The notes under the pieces are model-generated. The model was not told the DNA's origin. It ran no database searches and was given only the letters and a program-made list of their open reading frames with translations. From assembly GCF_009834535.1 (NCBI RefSeq), contig NC_045698.1, positions 7,938,001-8,002,000 on the forward strand: a stretch of DNA of 64,000 nucleotides, in the 5' to 3' direction. Position numbers and translations under genes: made by a program. Of this stretch, positions 53,945 to 64,000 are shown in pieces; the stretch's first letter is position 1, and each line of letters starts with the position of its first letter. Origin of the DNA: Camelus ferus. Taxonomy: Eukaryota.

Positions 53945-54035
53945 CCCTTTTTTTAATTGAAGTATAGTCAGCTTACAATACTGTGTCAATTTCTGGTGTG
54001 CAGCATACTGTTTCAGTCTTACATACACATACATA
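53945..54035 (-). mobile_element. Short L1 3' end fragment
   Basis: tttttttaattgaagtatagtcag.ttacaat..tgtgtcaatttctggtgtgcagcat. Confidence 0.8.
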
Positions 54036-55102
54036 GTTTTGAGGATGAACTTTGAAACTTTGAAATAAAGCCAATTTTCATAATCCATCCTTCAGGAGAA
54101 ATGTCAGATGCCAAGCAAGTTGGTACTTACAGACAAAGACTTCTGGTGCCTAAGAAGAGATCTCAGAACTTCAGAACGTGATACCACCGTGAACACAACA
54201 ACACTGGTCCAGCAAAGGCTATGCACATTAAAAAATTGTTTCTCTTATAACTTTATCTTTTCATTTCATGAAGTGAGAGTACTTTTACCCACAAGTTAAA
54301 AGCCGACATTATGTATAAAACACTTCTGCCCTACATACACCTGCATCTTGTTTATAGGAGCCGATGCTGAATATATTAGCTAATTATAGATATGCAGACA
54401 TCTTGTTTTCTTTAATGCAAAAAATATATAAAAGCATGCGAAATAGTGTAGTACTCAGGCCCATGGTTAAATATCCAATTTCCATTAGATGAACTTGGGC
54501 TAAATGGTAAAGAGACCAAGAAAAGTCAAAACAATAAGGAAGATTATTCATAATTCAAAATTTTCTCATTCTGCTGTCACTCTTCAGGGTTTAAGACACT
54601 AAAATGGAAAAATCTACATTGCAAAGCAAATTATCATCTATTGATTCATTTCTTAGGGTGGTTATTGCAGAAAAATTAAATCTAGAGCCTGGAAGGCTAG
54701 CAAGAAGGGGGAAATGTTAGCTTTGGAAACTCTGAGAGATAATATGAAAAACTGTGAGATACTTATTAATACGGATACCCATGTTTACAGGGTAGGAGAA
54801 CTGGCAAATGTGAATGACAAAATTAAAGAAATAATAATTTACTTTAAAGTTTTCCAAAGGGAATTTTCATGACAAGAATGGGAACTGGCCCGACATCTGA
54901 TCAACGCTCTTGCTTTCAAGACCTTGGGCCGTCAAGATGGAACAGACTGACATGGTAAGGCCAAACGAGCCCAGGGAGAATGCTTTGTCAGCGGGAAGAA
55001 TCCAGAACCTTATCTGCAGGCGGAGAGCTCCAGGAGCAGGAGGTCACGTGGCCTCCTTCAGTCAGAGGTGTGGCTTCCCAGGGCTTCCTTGCTCTATCAG
55101 GT

Positions 55103-55612
55103 TGTGTGGACAGAATCATGCCCCCAGCCCACCCCAGAGACACCTGTCTCCTAACCCCTGACACCTGTAAGCATGTACATTACAGGGCAAAGGGGAATTC
55201 ACGATGCAGATGCAGTTAAGGCTGCTGATTGGCTGACTTTACAATAAAGAGTCTATCCTGGGTTTTCTGGGTGGGTCCGATGTCTTCATGAAGCCCTTTT
55301 CCATGTGGAGGAGGGAGACAGAAGGGCAGAATCCCAAAGATGGCAGCATGAGAAAGACTCACTCAGCCACCACTGGTTTTGAAGATTGAAGGGGCCATGA
55401 ACCAAGGCATGTGGGAAGCCCCTAGAAACTCGAAAAGGTAAGAAAAAAGATTGTCCCCTAGAGCCTCCAGAGAGAATCACAGCCCTGGCTTTAAGCCCAG
55501 GGAGACCAACGGTGGCCTTCTGAGCTCCAGAGCTGTGAGACAATATATTTATGTTGTATTAAGGCACAGAGTTTGAGGTAATTTATTACAGCAGCCATAG
55601 GAAGCCCATACA
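55103..55612 (+). mobile_element. MaLR LTR (MLT1D-like)
   Basis: ggacagaatcatgccccc...cctaacccctgacacctgt...agcatgagaaagactca...gcagccataggaagcccataca. Confidence 0.8.
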
Positions 55613-55899
55613 CAGGGAGACTCAATCTAGTGTCCACCTATGGCTTGGTCACCAGGTGCTCTCCCTCCAGGCCTCACTGCTTCCATGAGCCCACGTGTGG
55701 GAAGCACAGGGCTGCCTGTCCATTCGTTTCCAACGCCCAAGTCACTGTCTCCATAGTCAGGACCCAGAGATCCCTTCCTGCCTAACCTCCAGGGCTTGTT
55801 CTTTGGCTGCTGGCCTAGATCGCCTGGACAAATTGAAGTCTGGTAGGACCAAGGCAACCTCCTAGCTCTCTGTGTATCTGCTCTGTATACAGAAGTACC

Positions 55900-57640
55900 A
55901 AGGACAGGGCATTGCTCTTTGCCCAATTTCTTGACTCAATGGCTAACCCACTGGCCACTGCCCACCTGTCTGTGTTACATGATTCTTTTCTCAGATAACT
56001 TCAAGGAGGGGAGACAGAAAAAAATCTTCCTAATGGGGCAGACTGCACACTGGATGGTAGACCCTGTCCACACGAGTGATGAATGACTCACTATAACTAG
56101 TATCTTTTCAGATGGTCACTCAGAAGAATACAACCCGGCCAACTGGAAGACAAGACCTGGAGTTTTGATTTTGGTTGTTGTCCTGAATATCACATTTTTG
56201 AAAAGCTAGTTTGGAAGGAGGCAGCCTTCCCAAAGAGTGCCCCCCACCCCCCATCCTCCATCGTTTAAGTGCTCTCGTCGGCAAGTCCTGTGCTTGCTGG
56301 ACTTATTCTGGTAAGGAGGCCTGGTTTGGGCCTTTGATTTCTCTACAGAAGGGGATGAAGCATCAAAAGAATGAAGCAGGGAACCCGGGTTCTGAGACAA
56401 CCTGTTCATGTATCTAGTGGATTCCTCTGGTATAACCAAACGTTGAGGTTCTTGTGCAAATCCTCGCACTTAATCAGAGAGCTTTTGGACAGACCCCTTC
56501 TTATGTCATTTTTTTCTGACATTCTCCAAGGCTTAACAGGAAATTTCAGGCCTCAAATGTCCTTTGGAGATGTAAGACATCTCTACTGGTGTCCAGCACT
56601 CAGCCACTGATCATCTTTCACAAAGTAAATGTCTAATGGCAAAATGTGGCAGTCAGTATGTTCAAAACCTTAAGGTTGCCTTTCTGCTGCCCCACTGGAT
56701 TTTGCCATAAATTCCAACTTCATTGGTATTTGTGGGTATTTGTCCCTGTTTGAGTAAAGCAGCTTGGATCTCAGGCATCCAAAGTTATGCTTGACACTCT
56801 TACCCACCGAAGACCTTGGGAATTCCTCCTGTTGGGACCATCTTCAAAAGCTACTCTCCTCTTTTTCGTTTTCTTTTTCTTTTTCTTTTTCCCCCTTTTT
56901 TCTAATGGGACTTGACAATATCCTGAAATGCAATATGGTTTCTCCAGGACCCAGGGAGTTCTATGCAGGATCATGTTTCTATTTCATTTCAGGGTGGCAT
57001 CAGGGGAACCTCCTTCATCAATTGAGAAATATCCCTGATTCTTCAAATATTCCCTGTTGAGTCACCCCTTCTAATTCTGCAGAATTTTCAAGCCAGTCTC
57101 ACCTTGTCATGAGTCCACCCGTGTTTCAAGTCTGTCCGCCTGCTCTTTTATCGGCCTGATAATCATTACATCATCAAAGTCATATATCAGAGTATCTTTT
57201 AGCATCAGTGAGAGTGAGTTCCTTCACAGGAACCTGGGCCACGGGTAAGGGAATTAATGTTTCTTTGTGTGAGACCTGTTACAACAGACTGCTTCGTCTC
57301 TTGGGTAAAGGCAAATCAAGATTGGCTTTTTCTCTGAAATTGGAATTGGATGGGGGGAGAATTTTCCAGATCAATGGTAGCACTGAAACCCCTGGTGCCC
57401 ATTGAGTTTCCTCATTAACTTGAATCATATTGGATACTGTCAGAGCCCTGAGGAGAACACTCTATTTAGATCCTGTTAATCTATAAAGTCAACCTAGAAA
57501 AGCTGACTGCTTTGGTCCAACAAGTCTTTTGTATGAGGAGGTGCTGGGAGCCAGGGGACCAGTCTCTACCACCTCCTTTGTTAATACAGATATTGCCAGC
57601 ACCTCCCTAGGAAATCTATTTTGTTTTAGTTTTGAGAATG
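55900..57640 (-). mobile_element. Highly decayed ERV-L (class III) pol remnant (RT and RNase H), probably extending into pro/gag toward about 59 kb
   Basis: Minus-strand peptides occur in ERV-L pol order: QNRFPREVLAIS (57623-57588; cf. QYRIPGGIAEIS), ATIDLEN..PIPISEKSQ.FAF (about 57381-57310; cf. AIDLANAFFSIP..QFAF), YDFDDVMI (about 57184-57161; cf. HYIDDIML), GSWRNHI (56952-56932; cf. GFWRQHI), TDRWAVASGLA (55973-55941; cf. TDSWAVANGLA). Confidence 0.75.
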
Positions 57641-60600
57641 CTGGACCTTGGTTGCCCAAGGGGCTCTCAGTTTATATAATCACAACCGGCTTACGGCACC
57701 ATTTTTACCATACTCGTTTCCCTCGTGTGTTATGGGAGCTTAAACTCACTGTGGTCTGCACATGTCTGGGCCAGTGGGTATAAAAAATTACTCTTTGTTT
57801 TTGAACAGCTACCTTTCCATTCTCTTTCCAAACAACCTTTAATTCTTCAATATAATGGCCAGCTAAAATTACATTGATTAAGCCCAGAAAATATGGTTTC
57901 CCAGTCTCCTGCTAATCAAACAAGCCCCAGTATGTGGCCTCAACTCTCCTGCTGGGAACATCACAAGAATAACCCCACCCCACTCCATGCAGCAATTTGC
58001 TCTAGCAGCCAAAGGAAACTAATATATAACCTATATTCAGTGTCCTTGGACAACTGGTTTTCCATTTCTTCCTTTAGTGACCATACAAACACCTCCCAAA
58101 TCTAGTCTGTCCTAGGCAGTGCTGCCCCATTTTTGTCTAGCCTTTCATGGCTGTTTGCACCAGCTTAAACACAGAATCCACCATCCCCTTTCATGATAAG
58201 TCAGGCAAGAGTGCCCTACCTTCCTCTTGGACATCTTCAACTAATTCTAAAATTAAGAAATACAAGGTTCCTCTCAGAAAGGGCTCCCCAAATCACTATA
58301 CCATCCATTGTTTGAGCTGAAAAGATATTTGGTCTTATTCGATTTGGGGCATGGTCACAGATCAATCCAAGTTGGCTTCATCTGTTCATACTGCCGCTCT
58401 TCAGGGGTAATGATGGGGTTGGAGGTAATAAAGATTATTGTGCCCTTTGGGGTAAGCCTCATCTACTATGTGTTTTACTCAGTTCAGAGGGACATGGCCT
58501 TGGATTAGAGGCAAAAGCATTAGGCTGCCTAACTACCACCTCTGATTAATTCTCGTTCTACTTAAACTCTGATATCACTAATACCCATTGGAAGCTACTA
58601 GTCCTTGGTTCATGATGTCTCAGTAACCCTGGTAATAATTTTTACCTGAATCCTTGCCTATATTCATTGTGAACATTTCCCAGTTCTTTTGCCCCCAAAC
58701 CTCTACAGTCCCACGTCCACGGCTCTCTGGACATGCCTAATAATGACAGATGAGACTAAAGGGAGACATTACTCTTTGAAGAGAACATTCTACTCAGAGC
58801 AAGTTCACCCATCACATCTGCCCCACCCACCTACAACACAGATATTGGCGTGCCAAGTTCAATTTTTACATTTTTCGTGTGTCAGACTTTATATCCCTGT
58901 TAAATGCCTCAGATATTTCTGCTTGCTTGGTAAGACCCAATGGAAGCAACCCTTTGTTTGGATTATATTTTCTATAAAATATAAGGTTGCAAATCACCTT
59001 GGGGTGATCAAGGGGATGATGGTCATATTCCACTGAGATAGTTTCTTTCTTTTACAGATGCTAAGTCGTATGGATTCATACTAAGAATGCTCTGGACACC
59101 AAGATGGTATTACAGAATCATTTCCATCTCTTTCAGTTTTCATAGGTCCACCTCAAACCATCTTAACAAAGTCTACAGTCTGGGTATCCATCCCACTTTG
59201 CACACCAGTTTACATGACTGATGTTAACAGTGCTGCGTGTTCCCGTGAGAAACTGACAGACTGGGGGCGCTTGGGAACAGTCACCAGCCACTAGAGACGA
59301 GGCACGGTTGCCTGCTTTGTACAGCCAAGTTTCTCTGCAAGTTAGAGAGCATGACAAGGAGTCTGAACCTAAATGGTGCAGTTACTGTTTGTTAGACCTA
59401 TCTGGACATGCCAAACAAGCTCGGGGGGCAAGATTCCAGAAGTTCATTTGCAGAAGGAATTGCGAGAAGGGAGAGCTGGGCAGTTGGATTCAGTAGCAGA
59501 GCCTTAATATTTAGGAAGAAGGGTAATTCTGGGTAGAGCCTGGTTTTTACCTCTTGGATCAATCAGCCTCTTTTGGAGTCTGATATGGACTGTACAAAAT
59601 GCGGAGGCTATAAGTAAAACAGGTGACATCTGCTTTATCTTGCTGCTTTCCCAATCCATAAAAGAAACAGAAACACTAAATCAGGAGTGGTACAGAGGCA
59701 TTCTCACCACTTTGACATTTCTAGGCTTTGAAAGATCTATCAGATGCATGGCAGGGGTGATGGTTGACACAAGGACATGGTGGTTCCCACTAGAAGGGGC
59801 AACACTGCCTGGCAATGGCAGCAGGTTGGCAAAGTACACTGATGGAGGGTGTCAGAAGTGCTTGGCAGGCCAAACCAGGAACGAGCTATTGGTATAATGA
59901 TACCAGTCAAGGATAGCTTGCTTGTAATCACCATCATTGCCTCCTGTGGGCATCAGGTACCCTCTCTGTGCAGCCAACAGCAGCAAGGGAGGAAGGAAAT
60001 GGTGCCTCTCATCCCATAGCTGACAGGCATGTTTCTGAACAAAGATACCTTCTAGGCGACCAACAGAAATCACCGGACGTGTCTCTGGTGGGGAAAGGGG
60101 TGACTCTGTAGGATTTTTATCAGCAGAAAGAGGAAATATCCCGTGAAACATGTATTCAGGTACATCTTTTACTGAAAGAACTCTGATGACATTTCAGCAT
60201 CTCTGTTGATAGAGAGTTCTTTCTCTTGTGATCTGATTTCAGTATCTCTTAGAACAGGGTAGAGTAATTTTAGCCCGCAAACAGGGGACCCGGTTCTCAC
60301 CCCACCTCCTCAGCTCCACCCTGCTTCTCACCAGGAGTCCCCAGACCAGCTCCATCTTGAAAGGAGAACTCTAGGAGACAATCTGAGGGAAGCGTTCTGC
60401 CAAATGTGCAAGCCACCAGTTTACCATTCATATGTGACGTTATTTGTGTCACCGAGGTGCAAGAGAAAAATAGAAGGGGGATATTTATGAGGGAAACATT
60501 TTATCCCTGGTATGCTTCCCCATCGCCTGTGAAGGCGGTAAAATCTATATAAAACATCAAAATTGAGAGTATTTGCATTATATGTAAAAGAATAGGGGAT

Positions 60601-63600
60601 GCCCAGAAAGAGAACCCTTTTCTTCACTAGTGGAGCAGGAAGGGGAGAAACTGGCTTAAATGCTATACATAGAGGTGGTGGCAACAGAAGAGACAGTAGT
60701 TAAAGCAGAATGAAATGGAGGAGGTGTCAGGGAATCGGGGAGGTCTGGGGAGGATTCACTGGGATCTAAGGGTAACTCAGAGAGGGCCTCCCACTTCACA
60801 CATCTTTTTATTTTCCAGCCTCCTAGAATCTAGTTTCTAACCCTCATTCCCAATCTCCCTTCATTCAGTCCACACAGTGGAGTCTCAAAACTTACACACC
60901 CTTCCCAAAATGACACGGTGACTGTTTTCTCACTCCCTTTCAAGTGTCTCTCTTTTCCGGGAGCCCTTGCCCCCGACAGCAGATCCCATCACCTGTGGTT
61001 TGTAGCAGGGATGGGCTCCACTCCTGCCCCAAAACCCACAGGGAAGGCATGGGGAACCTGCAATCTAAGCAGAGTGTTGGAGGTCCATTCCTGGAATACT
61101 TTTGGCCTCTTCCCCGGAAACGCAAAGAGACCGGATATTACAGTCTTACTCACCCACAGCTGCAGTTTCACACACTGCTATAGCTCAGGGACATTTGGGG
61201 TTAATGAGGCTCTTGTGAGCTGTCCTGGGGAGCCTGCTCTCCTTATATACCACCGTTCGCAGGGAAAATACATCTCAGCTGTAAGATTCTTTCCTTCAAA
61301 CAATCCTTGGAAACTGAAGACAGCCAAAGGAAATGCAGAAATCGTTCCATATGTAAAAGTAAATGCTAATAACAAAAGAGTTAATGCCTACTCGGTGTCT
61401 TACTTTTATTCAAGAGGCAAATTAATGAAGGATTGTAAATGCAGAAGAGAAATTTGAATTTTGAAGAGCCCTTGACAAAAGAGATTTTTTTTCTTTCACT
61501 TACATTACGGGTTTGGTTAAAAAGTGCACTGGGGCTACCGAGCATGAACAGCCATCATGTAATGATCACCTATAGCTTTCCTCAAAACACTTAAAAAACA
61601 CTTGTAATAATGAAGTGCACCTAATAAGGAAGACGTGTGAAAAAACACCTCCAGGAGAGTCTGGGTATAAAGATACATTTCTTCCAATAAGAATCTGATT
61701 CTGAGTAACTGAAATGCGAGCTAGAAACCCACATACACCGAAAATAAGTCAGACAGGCTCTTGCCCTCCAGTGGTATCTGGCTCCGGTGGTGCTCCGCAC
61801 TTCCAGGATGGCACACACCAGCACGCAGAACGCAGGGCCATTAATGAATTTGCGAGTTCCATCAGAGTGAGGAGGTCTGACACTGGATGTAGAGTGAAAT
61901 GGAACAACAATCTTGGTGAAGTGATCAGAGGCTCAAAAGAGATGAGAGCAAGATCATTTACTTAAGAGTGGATTAATGAAACAGGTCACGGAAATACAGG
62001 AGAGCACAGAACTGCAATGAAATCACAAAAGGGAGAAGTGAGCGTCCTAAGGCATGTGTGAGCCTAATGTGATGTGGACGCTCCTTGTGCTGTTTCAACC
62101 CATAATTTGACAAAATGTTGTCCCCAGTTCTCTGTGCCAGGAAAACCTAGAGACTGTTTGGAAAGGGAAAAATCAAAAGGATGACAGATAAACAAGATGC
62201 CTCTTTCTTGGTTCAATGATTTAGAGGTCTCTCACTCAAACAAAGTCTACTGGTGGTGAATCGGCAGCAATAAGAAGCAAAGTGTTTGCAGAAGGACAGA
62301 AGCCAGGTTTTTTTTCTGCCATCTCTCTTAAAAGTCAAAGGCAAAAAATATCTTTAATGCCAGCTGAGGAAATTCAGGGTGGATGTGAAGTTGGACTGTG
62401 TCCCTGAATAAGGGGTTCGCTCTTCAGGTAGAGGTCTTCTTTTCTAAAATACGACATAGGAAATGTGCCAAGAAAAAAAAAAAAAAGCCTGGTGAGAAAT
62501 CAGTAAGATAGACTGGGGTCCTCTACCTGTGATGCAAATGTAACAGACTGACATTTACACAGGTCATCTGTTTCTTTTGTTAATTATCAGAAAGAAGCAC
62601 ACACCAATTCAGGGAGCGGGCTGATAAAAAAGGTAACTCATTAAAATAGAAGGAGAGCGTGGTCCAAAGAAGAAATAAAGTGAAAGTAACCCGGCAAGGA
62701 AACTTCAAAGACTAGAAGAACACCTGCTACATCATTGTCCCCGAGCCCTGACCCAGCTTCGCAGACTGCTCTCTGACTCACCGGTGTCTTGCAAAGAGAA
62801 CCTTCTGTACTTGGTGGTTCTAATCAGGACTCTCGCTGCAGGCTGTCTTCACTTCAACACAACATCAGTCTGACTGCTTAACAATGCCAATTTTGGTTAT
62901 TAAGATGGCCTCATTCCAGCTGCAAAGGGGGATTCCTGACGGTTCTATAACTTCAGTCCCAGTGCCCTGCCCGTCCTCCAACATCCCACCCTCCGGGGTC
63001 AGGCTGGACCATGACCTCCAGCCCCCGGTGCTCTTCCCCCCTACTCCTCCCTCCTTGCTCCTTCTCTTCTGCTGTCAGTGGCAGGGGGAAGACGTGTTTC
63101 CTCGCACAGAGGCAGTCCCGAGGCTGTCTCTGATGTTGGTCTCCGCCAGGGTGGCCGTGGCTGGGGAGGCGGTGCAGCCAGGTGGCTGTAGCTCTCTGCT
63201 GTCCCACGTAGACGGCCTCACTCTGCATCTTCAGATCCCATCCTGCTCATCCAGAAACGCCCACAGTCCTGCAGGAACATACCTACGTCCCGACACCGCT
63301 GGCCTTGTCTCTCCTGCCGTGGTCCATCTTTCCTGAAGGGAAGGAACCGTGAGGGAACACGGTCCTTGCCATTAGGTCTGACCTCTCTGCTACCGCTCCC
63401 CTGTGCTCTGATGGCACAAGGCAAGTCACCAGCTCGGAAACTGGGCTGATGGTGATGCCAGTCCTCCATTTTCACTGCCACCTACAAACTATGGGCTGTT
63501 CTGGTCCATAGGACCATTCTTTCCCCCACATGGCTTCCTTCTCTCTTCCAGTTCTCCTGTTAAGCTTCTCAACAGAAAAGGCCACCCAGCCACCAAGGTT

Positions 63601-64000
63601 TCCAGACAAGTCTTCCATCAAGAACTGGGCCCTGTTTGACCTCGGTTCTGGTAAGGACCAACCCGCTTCCTCGTGGGGAGCCGTATCTGCTGGAGTCTCT
63701 GTTCAGTGACCTCTGGGGACTGGGGGAAGCACCTACTTGTTAATGTCACACAGGTGGTCACACTGATGTCTGATCCCCACTGACGCTGGGGAGGAGAGGC
63801 CTCTGCCAGAGGAGCCCTCGGTCTCTTTGGCACCTGGGGAAAGTCACCAAGGCCAGGACAGGCCTCTGGAAGCTTCATGGGCACCACGACAGGCCAGGGT
63901 GATGAAGGAAAGGAGAGGGAAGGGCTAAAGGGAGCAGGAGATGGGGGCAGCGGGGCAGAGAGGGGCAGAGCAGAACGTAAAAGAAAGAGACGTAGGGGGC

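Overview
Mammalian intronic DNA, most likely from a camelid (alpaca/llama/camel); this is inferred from a tRNA-Ala-derived vic-1-type SINE and cetartiodactyl-type L1 3' ends. The window lies within the delta-catenin gene CTNND2 on the minus strand. One coding exon is visible (39341-39554, 214 bp, armadillo repeats, canonical AG/GT). The rest is intron filled with transposable elements. The largest is a full-length, young LINE-1 of about 7.1 kb (11622-18735) with a perfect 17-bp TSD, a CpG-rich 5'UTR and ORF1/ORF2 broken only by six small indels at homopolymer or short A-rich runs. Also present are several solo ERV1-type LTRs, MaLR LTRs, a decayed ERV-L pol remnant, a probable HAL1, Tigger/MER DNA transposons, MIR/L2 relics and microsatellites. 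Nearly all other ORFs in the supplied track look like chance ORFs. I found no convincing new multi-gene system. The best leads are the possibly intact L1, an ORF0-like antisense ORF in its 5'UTR that points along CTNND2, and a TSD-flanked chimeric retroposon at about 40.2-40.6 kb. Repeat family names come from recalled consensus similarity, not from a database search.
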